From the human T2T-CHM13v2.0 reference genome, Homo sapiens, in assembly GCF_009914755.1 (NCBI RefSeq), contig NC_060926.1: a stretch of DNA of 64,000 nucleotides, one strand, 5' to 3'. A model generated the notes under the pieces. It was given only the letters and a program-made list of their open reading frames with translations, had not been told where the DNA came from and did no database searches. Both the position numbers and the translations under genes were made by a program. How positions within the stretch are numbered: position 1 is the stretch's first letter; every line of letters starts with the position of its first letter. Below are positions 1-12,427 of the stretch, piece after piece.

Positions 1-324
1 GTAGACTGAAAAATATACATTTAATAATGCCGAGAACTAGTAGGAACTGATTAGAAGGAAATGGAGATCCCCTTTACCAGGGAATGAACACCTAAGATGG
101 ACATTAAGGCATCTTTTGATATCTGTAAAGGATGTTCAGCACCGCAGCCATCTTATTAAACATTTCAATGTAAATTTTTGATTAAATGAATGACAGATAG
201 ATTCATAGGGAAAAGGAGGCTTTACTTTATTTTAATATTAAAATAGAAAACCTCTAAGGCTGGCTGTGGATCCTGACTTTTCTTGGGAGGTGAGGACCCT
301 TCTGTCATCTACATGTTCTCTTCC

Positions 325-510
325 CCTCATCAATTTATTGCCTCTCAGCTTTAAATCCACCCTTCTCGCCCTGCTGTGAAATCTTGCAGCTGGGCCCTGT
401 AAACATTTCCTCTCTGTCAGCTGGTAGAATGTTAGGCTTTCTCAGTAGAGATCAGTGGTATCATCCTGAAAGGGGCTGATGGAAGAGAGACATTTTCCTT
501 CTAGGTTTCC
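325..510. mobile_element. Old ERVL LTR fragment (LTR33/LTR41-like)
   Basis: AATTTATTGCCTCTCAGCTTTAAATCCACCCTTC...GGGCCCTGTAAACATTTCC...GTTAGGCTTTCTCAGTAGAG resembles the recalled LTR33/41 terminal sequence; boundaries approximate. Confidence 0.55.
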
Positions 511-642
511 GTCCTCAGTTGTTGTTGTTGCTACTATTATTACTATTCAGTGTGGGGTATATGTGATGTACATATCAATACGTATTTTGAAGACTCATAC
601 TTTAAAACTTTTTGTAATGTCCATGCACCAATAAAAAGTTGG

Positions 643-942
643 GGCCAGGCACTATGGCTCACAGTTGTAATCCTAACACTTTGGGAGGTCAAAGTGGGAG
701 AATCTCTTGAGCCCTGGAGTTTGAGACCAGCCTGGGTAATATAAGATCTTTTCTCTACAAAAGAAAAATTTAAAAGTTAGCCAGCTATGATGGTGTCTGT
801 AATCCCAGCTACTTGGGAGGTTGAGGTGGGAAGATTGAGCTGGGAAGTTGAGGCTGCAGTGGGTCATGGTTGCACCACACACTCCAGCTCAGCTAACAGA
901 GTGAGACCCTGTCTCCAAAAAAAAAAAAAAAAAAAAAAAAAA
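643..942 (+). mobile_element. Alu (AluJ-like), full length
   Basis: Two Alu arms, A26 tail at 917-942, flanked by a TSD-like AAAAAGTTG on both sides; highly diverged with J-type positions. Confidence 0.95.
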
Positions 943-1034
943 GTTGTAGGTGAGAGATTGAAGACAAAAAGACCAATCTCTATTGCCCTCCTATAAAGTC
1001 TCTTTTCAGTTTCTACTTTCTGTTTGCATTCGCC

Positions 1035-1165
1035 TTTATTTTATTTAATTTTATTTTTAGTTCCACAGGTTTTTGGGAAACAGGTGGTGTTTGGTTACAT
1101 GAGTAAGTTCTTCAGTGGTGATTTGTGAGATTTTGGTGCACCCACCACCTGAGCAGTATACATTT
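1035..1165 (-). mobile_element. L1PB-like 3' end fragment
   Basis: T-rich tail followed by GGGAAACAGGTGGTGTTTGGTTACATGAGTAAGTTCTTCAGTGGTGATTTGTGAGATTTTGGTGCACCCA, the antisense L1PB 3'UTR. Confidence 0.85.
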
Positions 1166-1619
1166 GAATCCCCCTTTAGCTTGGGCAATTGACATGATGA
1201 ATTACTTTGAGTTAGACTTCCTGGTTCCTGGATTTAACACTAACCACATCTATAGCTTTGGGCAAAGTATGTACATTTTATGCATTGGAATCACCTTGTT
1301 TTATAATTGAGAGTATTTTAAATTGTTATTAAAAGGGAATACACTTTACATAGTGCCCTGAAACATGTAGATGATATAGAAAAAAATGTTTTAGAGAGTA
1401 CTCTGGCATACAGTAAGTGTTCAATAAATTTTTTTTTCCCTAAGCCAAAAATCTGTCTTCTAACACAGAGATGTGGCCTTATCTTTGAAAGCATTAGCAG
1501 GACCCTGTTACATGAAGACTATGACTCCTACACAAATATAGTAAGTACTGCATATCCAGTACTGGCCAACTAGTAAGTTAGTAAGATAGTTGTGGTAGAA
1601 TTAGGACCATTGAATAGAG

Positions 1620-1840
1620 TAATAATAACAGTTAACATTTATTGTGCAAAACCATAGATGAAGCAATGTTCCAGCTGGTTTTGCATAAATTAGCTCATTT
1701 AATTCTTAACAGCGACGCATCAGCTCATGTAACAGCAAATGTTCTCCCATCTTGTAATCGGGGATACTGAGGTGTCTACTCTGTAGAAAATTTGTCCGGG
1801 TCACAGAGCTAAGAAGGGGCAGTGAGGATTAGAAGCCTGT
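1620..1840 (-). mobile_element. MIR
   Basis: AACATTTATTG...CTCATTTAATTCTTAACA...GATACTGAGG...GGTCACAGAGCTAAG matches the antisense MIR core. Confidence 0.7.
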
Positions 1841-2519
1841 GAGTCTTCAGTGGTTCTAATGGCTGTATTATACTTCCTCTAAAAACCACAGGTATATGTG
1901 TTTTGGCTTAAAAATATATATTAGAATGGTGATGCTGGGAAGGACTTTGGCAATCAACCAACCTAACTGCTTGAAAGCCGGGGAGCTACTCACGTCCAGG
2001 CACCAAGTAACTTGCACAAATCTTTAAAGTTAATTTCGTGTTATTTCTGGAACTGGAACCCAGGTCTCCAGGTCTCCTTAGTCTCAGTTCTATGCTCTTA
2101 TGTGTCTCTTGCATTCTTCCAACGACATGATTAATATTCCAATGTGCATTATTAATTTCCTACATGGTTACTTTTTTTTGTATCCATGTCTCCCCAGTCA
2201 ACTATATCCTTTCCATATGAAGTCTTAAAGTCATATAAATTAAATGAGAACAATGTGTTATACAGGAATAAGGGAATAGTTGCTAGATTTTTTTTTTTAA
2301 AATGATTTCAATCGATAGGTATTTACGGAAAAACACTAGACTCTTTATAAATATCTTTATGCTTAAATATATTTTAATTGGCAGCACTAATAAAAGAGAA
2401 GGACTTCAACAGAAGCCTTGGGATTAATAATTACTTTGCTAAAAATGATGAATTCTTGGCTGGCATGTTTACAGGGGTTGGGCTGTGAGTCCCTGAACGG
2501 CTGGAACCCTGGCAGAGAG

Positions 2520-2898
2520 GAGCCCGGAGTGTGGGAAGAGGGGCATCACAGAGAGATGCATCCTACAGAGACTGGAGGACTCCGAGCTTGGGGAAGAGAC
2601 AGTTAAACCTTCCCCGTGAGAGCGAGTTATATCACGCAGCGCCAGTGCCAGGTCAGCAGTCTGGCTGGAGCTGGACCGGCTGGTGGCGCCAGGCAGTGCC
2701 AAGCACCCCTGGCAGCCCTGCAGAGGGTTCTCAAATCCAGATTTCATTCTGCAGTCCCGGCAGTGTTTTGACGACTGCCTCACTAAAGGAAGCTAAAAGC
2801 TGTGCTGATGCCTCCCAGACGAGCCTCGTTGGAAGCACAGAACCTTCACGGCTCGGAGCCGCTGACACCGTGACAAAGGGAGCCCTGCTCAGGTGAGA
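2520..2898 (+). promoter_or_regulatory. Candidate upstream promoter / non-coding first exon ending at splice donor CAG|GTGAGA
   Basis: Locally CpG-retaining unique sequence, TATA-like TTATATC near 2626, CTCF-like CCGGCTGGTGGCGC at 2676-2689, donor GT at 2893-2894. Confidence 0.35.
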
Positions 2899-3989
2899 CA
2901 AGGCTCGGGGGTTCAGATGCTGGTCGTCTGGTACAGGTCTCTGCCGTGTGCATGAGAACAAGTCCGTCTGCCAGGCTGGACGCTGCTATCAGACAGATTG
3001 ATTTGCCGAGTGTCTTTCAGCATTTCCCTAATTCCTTTTTGAAAAGCAAGAGCTAGGCTGATCATGCACCTGGGTCATAAAGCCCACTCTAAAATCAGGG
3101 AGATGGCTTTAGAGAGGATCCAGCCAAGGAGAAAACTAGGTCTGACTCTCGGATGTGTCAGCAACTGCCCCGAGTCTGCTCAGTAGGTCCCCAGAGGTGA
3201 TTCCTCTCCATAGTCTGTGAACTCATCATGGAATGCTGGCAATGGACTATTCCACGGGGTCTGGAGTGCTGAGTTCTAGTTCAGAACCTGTCCTAGCGGC
3301 ACCAGGAAGCCCTGTGGTGTTGGGCAAATCACATAACCTCTTGGTGTTTCTGTTCTTTATTGAAAAAGATGGTTATGTATTTGCCATGACAGGTTCAAAC
3401 TCCTTAGGGGTAAAATTGTGCCCTATTTACCTTTGTTTGCTGAGTCCTTGGCACAAGGCCTGGTGTTTGACACACCTAAAAATTACCCATGGACTCTGTG
3501 CTTTGGGACAGAAAAGGTGATGACAAGATGCAGGTGTAAACTTGGAAAGGCCATGAGATCTAGGTTATAGTCTCAGTGAAGTCAGCTACCCATTCAGAGC
3601 CCTGTAAAATGAATACAGCCATGTTTTGTGTTGTGTGATGACATCAGTGCAGATGTGAGCCAGACTTAGGCTCATGGTGGGCACTTCAGCAGGTGCTAGC
3701 CCTGGTGGGCTTAGCTTTGTGTATGTCAGACCCCAGTGACAGGTCTAAGGGTTGGAGAGGAGACCGGGAGTGATGTCAGGCTCTGGGATGAGGTCGTATT
3801 TGGAACAGTATGGCTGAAGCCCTGTCATGATGACCAAATTGTTCTGATGACTCTGAGCCATTCCCCAGTTGGAGTCAATCTCCAGGATGACTGATCCACT
3901 GGGCAGAGTCTGGTGTTAAGAGACAACATGGTGCTCGCAGTCAGGCAGATGTTCTTGTTTCAATACCAAACAGATACATCCAGAAGGCA

Positions 3990-4500
3990 AATAGAATGGT
4001 CTTAGCTTCCTGATTAAATCTCACTTGCCTCCCCCACTGCCTTGGGGGCCCTGTTCGAGCTTCCTCCTTTGCCTGACCATGTTAATATTGGAGGACGTGA
4101 TCTCCATTCTCTTGCTGCTATATTCCCTTCTGGCCTTATTGTGGGAGATGCCCTGCTTCATTGCTTCCGTGACAACTATTGCTTGTATTTTTCTGCTTGC
4201 TTCCCGATATTTCTCATCTTCATGCCTCTGCTTAAGCTGGGCACCCTCTCCAGTGACCTGAATGACTTGTATTCATTGTTTAAGGCTACGCTGCGCTCCC
4301 ACTTCCTCCAAAACGCCTCCCCCTGATCTTTTAGGTGTTTCTCTCCTTGTCCTGAAAAACACCCAGCATTGTATCTATTACATAAGATTGTACTGCTATT
4401 ATCTACACCCTGCCCCATTCATCTGTGCTCCTTGAAGGAAGGGACTGTGGTTTCACATCCTGATATATCCAGAGTCTAGTGCAATGCCTGGCTCACAGGA
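3990..4500 (+). mobile_element. L2 fragments
   Basis: Ends in the L2 3' signature CTCCTTGAAGGAAGGGACTGTG...AGTCTAGTGCAATGCCTGGCTCACAG; boundaries approximate. Confidence 0.6.
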
Positions 4501-5189
4501 TGGAGAACCTTGTCCAACTGTGGGGAGGAAGAAAGAATATCCAATTTCTGGGAAGATGACAATTTCTGGGGGCTTCCAAGAGTTTCATGGTCCTCAAGAA
4601 GACTGTGGCTCTGGTTGACAACAACAACCAGGAAACCAAAGTAGAAACCCAGAGCCCAGACACCAGCACTGGGGGTCTCAGGGAGGCTACAGCTCAAGGG
4701 CTGGGGGACATGGGTGCTCTGGGCTCACTGTAGGGAGAGAGATTCCCACAGTTGAAGGCACCCAGCTCCTCCAGGGCACCAGCCTTGGTTTGAGCTATGC
4801 TGGATGGGGCGGAGGCTGAACCTTGGTCTCACAATGGAATTAAGATTGAATGGTGGGGTGGACAGTGAGGTCAAACACTCAGTGAGGATCAGTTGCATTG
4901 TTAGACTATTTATTCCAGCATTGATTTGCTCCCAGATGACAATATGTTGTTTTAGGATTTGGGTAATTTGCACAAAGAGGTTTTTAAGGCCCTGACTTCG
5001 TCCTGGTGTAGACAGTGAGGAGATCTTCCTGGTGGAGCCTGGGTGCATGCATGCAGTGTTTCTAATTAGTCATGCAGCAGGACGAGGAGGACCACAGCCT
5101 CCATGGTTCTTCCTGTTGGATGTGACCATCCTTTGAGCAGAGATTGCTACAAAGGCAAAGCTGGAACAGCATGGATGCCTAACTGCGCC

Positions 5190-5600
5190 CATGAGGCAGA
5201 GTCTTTGAGTTGTGACCGACACATCTCACACTAGTTTAGGCAAGAGAGGAAATGTATCGGGTCAGGTGACCAGGAAGATTAAACACAACTTTGACCCAGC
5301 TGGACCCATGGGCTGAATAAAGTCAACAAATATAAGTATTGTTTTTTGTTCATTTTTTCTCTACTTCTCAAGTTTGCTTTTTTTCTGAATTTTCTTTCAT
5401 ACAAGCAAACACTCTCCATGGATTGTCAGAGAGAACTCTGACAGTTCTCATTAGTAACTCCAATGATAAAAGAGGACCCCTTTCCCTAGAGTTCTCGCAA
5501 AATCCTCAGATCCTTTGTTGGGCCTTGTTCGGCTCACAAACACATCCCAAATACAGCCCTGGGGTCTGGGGATGCAGTGTTCTGAGAGGCCCAGCGTGGG
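5190..5600. mobile_element. Old MaLR LTR (MLT1-like)
   Basis: Diverged similarity to recalled MLT1J/K-type sequence; approximate. Confidence 0.4.
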
Positions 5601-6260
5601 TCAGTCCCTTCCCTGGCCCTGCCCCTGCCCCATCCCCATATGAGAAGTGCATGCAATAAAGCTACAACTCAAGCTGGCAGGGCAAGAGGGGAGCTTAGAA
5701 ATTATCTGGTTGACTTCCCTCATTTTAGGTTTATTAATTTGGAAAAGGAGTAATGCCATGAATATTTTATGTACTTACTGGTTACAATTTAGAGAATTAA
5801 AATGAAAATAAAAGCCACGCATAATCCTCTAACGTTTAGATGTACTTCTGATCATTTGATATTTTCCCCAAATACTTTAAAAGTTATCTACATCATTTGA
5901 AATATATTAATATTTTGGAGCTCCGAATTTACCTTAACCATTTTTCCTTGTCATTCACTTTTCAAAATTATTTAATGACCTTCCTTAGCACGAATATATT
6001 CATTTATCAAAATTCATTCAGCCATTCCCCTAGTATCAATACCTTCTTTTTAGGGGTGAAGAAATTGAGGTCTAGAGAAGGTAAGTGATCTTCCAAGATT
6101 GGCAGCAGAGCTAAGACAATCTTGTTTATACCTTATTTATCAAAGTTAAATTACCTACCTAAGGTCCTTATCTCTCTCTATATATAGATAGATGTCTGGA
6201 AGACATGGAAAAGTGATTCCATTCTTTTTTCTTTTTGGTGGCTTTAAAAATTGGCAGATA

Positions 6261-6674
6261 GGCCAGGCATGGTGGTTCATACCTGTAATCCCAGCACCTT
6301 GGGTGGCCGAGGAGGGCGGGTCACCTGTGGTCAGGAGTTCGAGACCAGCCTGGTCAACACAGTGAAACTCCGTCTCTACTAAAAATACATAAATTAACCT
6401 GGCATGGTGGCAGGCACCTGTAATCCCAGCTACTTGGGAGGCTGAGGCAGGAGAATCGCTTGAACCTGAGAGGCGGAGGTTGTGGTGAGAGGCGGAGGTT
6501 GTGGTGAGAGGTGGAGGTTGTGGTGAGAGGTGGAGGTTGTGGTGAGAGGCGGAGGTTGTGGTGAGAGGCGGAGGTTGTGGTGAGAGGTGGAGGTTGTGGT
6601 GAGAGGTGGAGGTTGTGAGCCATTGCACTCTAGCGTGGGCAACAAGAGCAAGGCTCCATCTCAAAAAAAAAAAA
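6261..6674 (+). mobile_element. AluSp-like element carrying an internal minisatellite
   Basis: Alu arms with Sp/Sq-type CCATTGCACTC and GGCAACAAGAGC; 15-bp TSD AAAAATTGGCAGATA / AAAAATTGTCAGATA. Confidence 0.95.
6471..6619 (+). repeat. 19-bp minisatellite AGG(C/T)GGAGGTTGTGGTGAG x ~7.8
   Basis: Seven full units plus a 16-bp partial unit, read directly. Confidence 0.97.
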
Positions 6675-6924
6675 TTGTCAGATAAGAAAGAGAGACGTAT
6701 TTGATCTGAGTAAAACGCTCCTCCCAAAATGAGGCCACCTGAAGCCCTGATGAGAAGTTATCCTCAGAGGAGGAGCCAGTGTAGCAGGTAGAAGTTGGGT
6801 TAGTTACCGGGGGGTGGGGGGAGGGCATCAGCAATGAGCTTTTCTACATTGGCAAAGATGGAGAGCATATTGACAATGCACACTCTTCATGAAGGGCCAC
6901 ATGTAGGTGCTGCCTCTGCCTGTA

Positions 6925-7600
6925 CATTTTCATCCATTCCACAGATACTGATTGCTCCCCTACTCTCTGCCAGGCACAGTTCTAGGCACTGAAGATAAGC
7001 AGAGAAAAGATAGGAGCTGTGCTCCCAGGGAGCACTGCTAGGCATGAAAGATGGCACAGAAAATTAGATAAAGAAATAAATGAAGAAGACAAGATGGAGA
7101 CGGATGTTAATTCACATGGTGAACAATGATGAGGACTGGAGAGTGTTGGATTGGGACTAAGTTGTTGAAGTGGCTACTTAGGAGGTGAAGATTGGGTTCA
7201 ATTGTGAAGGAGAAGATGGGCCGGGAGAGAAAGCATCGCGAGCCAGGGTGAGCTGGTTCAAAGGTCCTGGGTTAGGTGGTGCAGGGCTTGTTTGAGGAAC
7301 AGAAGGAAGGCCAGCCTGTGTGGCCCATGGCTGAGCCTAAGAGGAGGGTGTGGAGTCAGCCTAGACTGAGGCCAGGGACAGGCAGGGCCAGGTAAGGGCT
7401 TGGTATTTCTTTCAAAGTGTTCCGGGAAGCTCTGGGGAGTTTTCCAGCTGGGTAGTGCCATGCTCTCGTTTCTACTTGGGAAGATCACACTGGCTTCTCT
7501 GAAAGTGCAGATTTTATGGAGCCAGGAATGGCAGCAGTGAGACTGATGAGGAGGTTATCGTCAAGGTTCAGGCAGAACACCCTGGTGCCTTATACTGGCT
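6925..7600 (-). mobile_element. L2 3' region
   Basis: CATCCATTCCACAGATACTGATTG...TGCCAGGCACAGTTCTAGGCACTGAAGATA is the antisense L2 3' end, and similarity continues to about 7.6 kb. Confidence 0.7.
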
Positions 7601-9922
7601 TGGAAAAATCAGCTGGGAGGGGCTGCTTGGAGATCAGGCCACAGGTCACAGCGGAACTGAATGGGCCTGGTGTTGGGGTGGTGAGTGGTGGCCTGTTTAG
7701 GGAAAGCGGAAAATTAAAGAGAAGCCTTACAATTTTTTAAACATATGAGAATTTAACACCCAATCTGTTTTTCCTTCATTTTTTACTTCATTCAGGAGGA
7801 AAAGTAGACAAGAGGGAGAAATTGAGATTCAAATAATCCAACACTCAGGCAGATTGCCTGCTAGCATGCTTATCTCTCATCAGCACAGTGAGGGAGGGGC
7901 CTGTGTCACTTTACAGATGAGGCAGAGGGTCCCGCAACTCCTTAAGGGTGGAACTAGGATTGGAAACCACTCCTCCTGGCTCCTCTTTTCCTGCCAAGAG
8001 CGCTGCACCAGCTCTGGAGGAAGCCTCAGGAGAGGTTACACAAGTCTCAGCTGCCTGTGGTATTTGAGTGGCCATGGAGGATGGAATTTATGCTGCTGGA
8101 ATAACTAGAGCCACTGCCCCTCATCTGCAGAGAAGACACACTATCTTGCAATTGCAGAACTCCTGTGCCTCGCTTTCGAAATTGGTCATAAGCTGGAGGC
8201 TGATGTTATCTTTCCTCACCCTTCAGACCCAAGTTCCCCAACTCCTCTCACCGCCCCCAACCACCGCTTTAATGACCGGTAAACAAGCAGCTAAATGCAC
8301 CATGCACTGAGGGGCTCCAGCGAGGGGAGGAGGTGACTCTTCTGAAGAAGGGCTCCACCTGAGTTACTGAGTCAGCGAAAAGGCACCTTTATCCAGGCCT
8401 AGAGCAAAACGCAATCAGCCTTCACAGGACTGGTTTCCCAGCCATGAGCTTGGGGGACAGGGCTGGCTGCAACGGGGGCTGCCAAGGGCCCAGGTTCTGT
8501 GCTGGAAACAAGAGCACTCTGGTGGACTCGGAAATACAGCGCTGAGGTGGGTGGGCTTTAGTCGGAGCCACCTCCCCGACATTCCTGCCCCAGGCTTCTC
8601 TCCCAGGCTTTCCTTCCTGGCCCTGCCATTCTGCATTCCTTACGAACCTGCTGTATTCCCACTCTCGGCTGCCAGGAAGCCTCCTCTTCCCCCGAGCTTT
8701 ACAGCGTTCATTATTTACCTTCCAGTTTGCACAGTTATATCACTGGAGTTTAAGCACACTTTCTATGTGCAGAACAAACATTCGCACATGCCACAACGTA
8801 CAGTGGGCTGTTTTGTGCCACGTGATGTGCTACTGTATGCAAATTAAAGACGAAGTTAACATTCCCTGTTGCTGGCTTTTCCGAGTGTGTGGGTATCCAT
8901 TATAGACTTCAATTCTTTGTAAATATTTCAAAGGAAGAAACTCAAAGAGATATGAAGGTTGTGAAATTCCCCATCATAAAATCAGAAAATGATTAAACCT
9001 GGAACATGCAAAGCCAATATTGATTTCAGCAGCAAAACCAAAATCAGGACAAGCAGACAATATTTTCATAATTAAAAAAGAAAATGAGCTCATGTGAAGA
9101 GATGTTATCATCACTCATAACTTGAAGATGCTTTTGGATACACTGCAATAATTCAGCTAACGTTAACATAAAAATGAAAGAAATTTTTCCACATCTGTAT
9201 TATTAGCAAATGAATTAGGCAATTAATAATTTGTTTGCTTTAAAATGTCATTTTCATAAACACAATTTAAGCATTATATATTTATGACAATATCTTTCAT
9301 TTTAAAGTTATTTTTACTTAGTGTTTATTGTATGTTAATTCGCTCTCTTTCTGTTCCTTTTTTATTGTCAAAAGTCCATATTATGTAGAGATAATTTTTG
9401 CTAGCTATTGTAATATATAATCTTGTTAGAATATATTCGTCCATAATAACAAATTATACATTTATCATAGTATGTGTTTTACAAAAAAATCTCCTTTAAT
9501 GTAACCCTATTACAGAAAAAAAAATTCAGTGTTTATTATTTTGGTCCATTTTTATTTTTGTTTTTCAAAAAGTGCTTTCACAAATACAGAATAACTAATC
9601 TACTCATACTCTAAAATAAGGACTCTAGTACGGATAACTGCAGAAGCATAGATCGAAAAATCACTTATATTGCCTGAGGGAGATGGTTAGGAAACAGTAC
9701 TGAGATAAGATATAATTTAAAATGGGTTTTGAAGAATGCATAGGAGTTCATCAGGCTGTAAAGGAAGAGAAGGACATATCATAGTGTACAGCCTACAGAA
9801 GCAAAAATCTAAATAGAGAAGTATATAGTATACAGTGTCAGAACAGTAGGAGCTAGAAGTAAAAAATACGAAATCTGTGCAGTGCAACAAAAGCTATAAC
9901 CCCCAAAAAAGGCTGCACGTTA

Positions 9923-10336
<414 letters not shown>

Positions 10337-10784
10337 CTATTCTCACCTCTGTCTTCTCCAAAGCAGCCCAGCTTTGGAGCTCCAGGTTGGCGGCTGCAGG
10401 AGGCTTCAGATCTAATTTAATTGGTCTTTTCAGGGCCACCTATCAGCTTGCACCTCTTCCAGGAAGCGGTCCTGGCTCTCCGGCTCCCATAGACATGTTC
10501 TTCTCTAACATCTTGCAGCCCCTTCTCATGAATATTTAGAATCAGTGGCTCCTGTCCTTCTTCTTCCCATTTTCCACTTCTCAGGTCTCTCATTTGGCCT
10601 GAAGCACCTTCCAGACCCAAGAACTTCCCACTTCCTCCACGTTCTGGCTCACAAATTGAATAGAGATGCTTGTGGGGCACACATAGCTGACTGCTAACCA
10701 GCAGGGGTGAACCCCCAGGGCTGAGCAGGCCCAATCTTGGTACACTTGGAACCAGAGACTACTGCCAGGAGGATTGTGCTGGCC

Positions 10785-10900
10785 CATTGTCCTGCTACTG
10801 AAGTGTATGGTCCATGAACCAGCAGCATCAGCGTCCCCTGCAGTCTTGTTGGAAATGCAGATTCTCAGGCGCCACCTCCAGACCCATGTGACTTGTATGC
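10785..10900. mobile_element. MER5A (hAT-Charlie) fragment
   Basis: AAGTGTATGGTCCATGAACCAGCAGCATCAGC...GGAAATGCAGATTCTCAGGCGCCACCTCCAGACC. Confidence 0.8.
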
Positions 10901-11039
10901 ACCAGGAGTCAGAGAAGCTCTGGTGTTGCCCCCACATGCTACTCTCCTGGGTTAAGCAGAGCCAGGTATAGGTAAGGAGAGGAACTTCCAGCAATGCCTG
11001 GGGCCTGGCTACTTTCCTGGCAGGGAGCCTGGCACGTCA

Positions 11040-11205
11040 GTGGCAGTGGTACTTAATCCTGCCTGCACACAGGCAACGTCCACTGTGAACTGATGCCGGG
11101 CCCTTTTCTCAAAGATCTGATTAAATTGGTCTGGGTTGTGCCCAGGAATGGGTCCTGTTTTGTTCCAAGATTATTCTAATCTGTGCCCAGGGTGGACCCA
11201 GTGGT
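11040..11205. mobile_element. MER5B-like fragment
   Basis: CAGTGGTACTTAATCCTGCCTGCAC...GATCTGATTAAATTGGTCTGGG...ATTCTAATCTGTGCCCAGGG. Confidence 0.65.
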
Positions 11206-11579
11206 CATCATAGGATAGAACATTCTCTTCCCCAAGAGAACAAGGGATGAGGAGCCCAAGCTGTCCCATTGGCATGGCCCTCAGCTGCCAGGGCCAGGCT
11301 TCTTTAATCAGCCTGGCGCAGGGTGGCTGGGCACTGAACATTCAGACCTGGCATGAACCCAGGCCAGAAAATAGCTTCCAGGGAGAGCCAATATTATAAC
11401 TATATCAGTGGAGAGGATCTGTCCAAGAAGAGCCCTCTGGGATGGTAGAAATGATTCCTTCATTCACTTATAGAGAAACTGGGCTCCAGTCCTGGCACTG
11501 CTGGGAAGTCACTCCTAAGGGGCCCTCCAGCAGCCCAGCTTTGAAGCTTCCGGTTGGTGGCTGCAGGAGGCTTCAGGGT

Positions 11580-11900
11580 GCAGCCTTGCAGTGGCCTTTG
11601 CTGCTAAGATAGAATCAGAGTCCTTTGCACGGCATATGAAGCCCCATGGCCTGGCCCTCACTTGCCTTTCAAGCCTCATTTTTGTCATTGCCTACCTCAA
11701 AATTCACATTGCAATAAGGAGTTGCGTACAGTTCTGCACACACAAGACAGTTCTCTCCTCTGACTGTTTTTGGATGCCTGTCCCCTTCCTCAGGGGCTCG
11801 CCCACGTTCATGCTCCTCACATGTGAAGCATCACCACTTTCTCTAGGATGACCTCTTTGTCCTGGCCCAGTCTGGGCTCAGCATTCTTCTCTGTGATAGG
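11580..11900 (+). mobile_element. L2 fragment
   Basis: CCTTGCAGTGGC...AGATAGAATCAGAGTCCTT...CTGGCCCTCACTTGCCTTTCAAGCCTCAT, typical of L2. Confidence 0.55.
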
Positions 11901-12203
11901 CGGTTCCTACCCCACCACGGGAAGGATGTCCAAAGCCTCCCTAAGTCATCTGGTGCCACCTCCATCCTCCACAGAGCCTGTGTCCCATGTCCATCTTTAG
12001 AATTAAAGTAAACTGAGCAGTGTCTAAAATCTGGCACTGCACAGTCAAGGCGTCTAACATTTGGGCAAGAAAACTTGAACCGCCCTGGGAAACCCGCACA
12101 GGACTTTTCCTGATATTCAGCTGGACCTCTCCGACTGAAGCCTTTCTCTGGGTTCCTGCCCCAACATGAAAAGCTCCATGGCATGGAAAAGCAAACCCTA
12201 GAG

Positions 12204-12427
12204 CTAGGGTCGGCCAACTGCAGCCCACAGGCAAAGGCCCAACACTGCCTATATTGTAGCTAAAGCTTCGCTGGAGCACACCACGCCCACACCCACTTGC
12301 CTAGATGTCGATGGTGGCAGCTTTCAGACTGCAGCCGCAGGCAGGGTTGAGTAGTTGCAACAGGAAGCTCATGACCCGCAAATCTGAAACTATCTGGCCC
12401 TTGGCAGGGGAAGTTTGCCAACCCCTG
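12204..12427. mobile_element. MER58A DNA transposon, complete
   Basis: TIR-like ends CTAGGGTCGGCCAACT / AGTTTGCCAACCCCTG and 8-bp TSD CCCTAGAG / CTCTAGAG. Confidence 0.9.

Larger units (their letters stand above)
10362..11576 (+). repeat. Dispersed 48-bp direct repeat pair (10362-10409 and 11529-11576)
   Basis: 44/48 identical by manual alignment. Confidence 0.9.

Noticed and set aside
435-465. CTCF site usually carried by LTR41/LTR33-type elements
   Set aside because: The expected AGAGGGCGC core reads AGAGATCAG here, so the motif appears lost
6155-6727. Repetitive Pro/His/Thr ORFs (190, 89 and 73 aa)
   Set aside because: Translations of the antisense Alu and its 19-bp minisatellite
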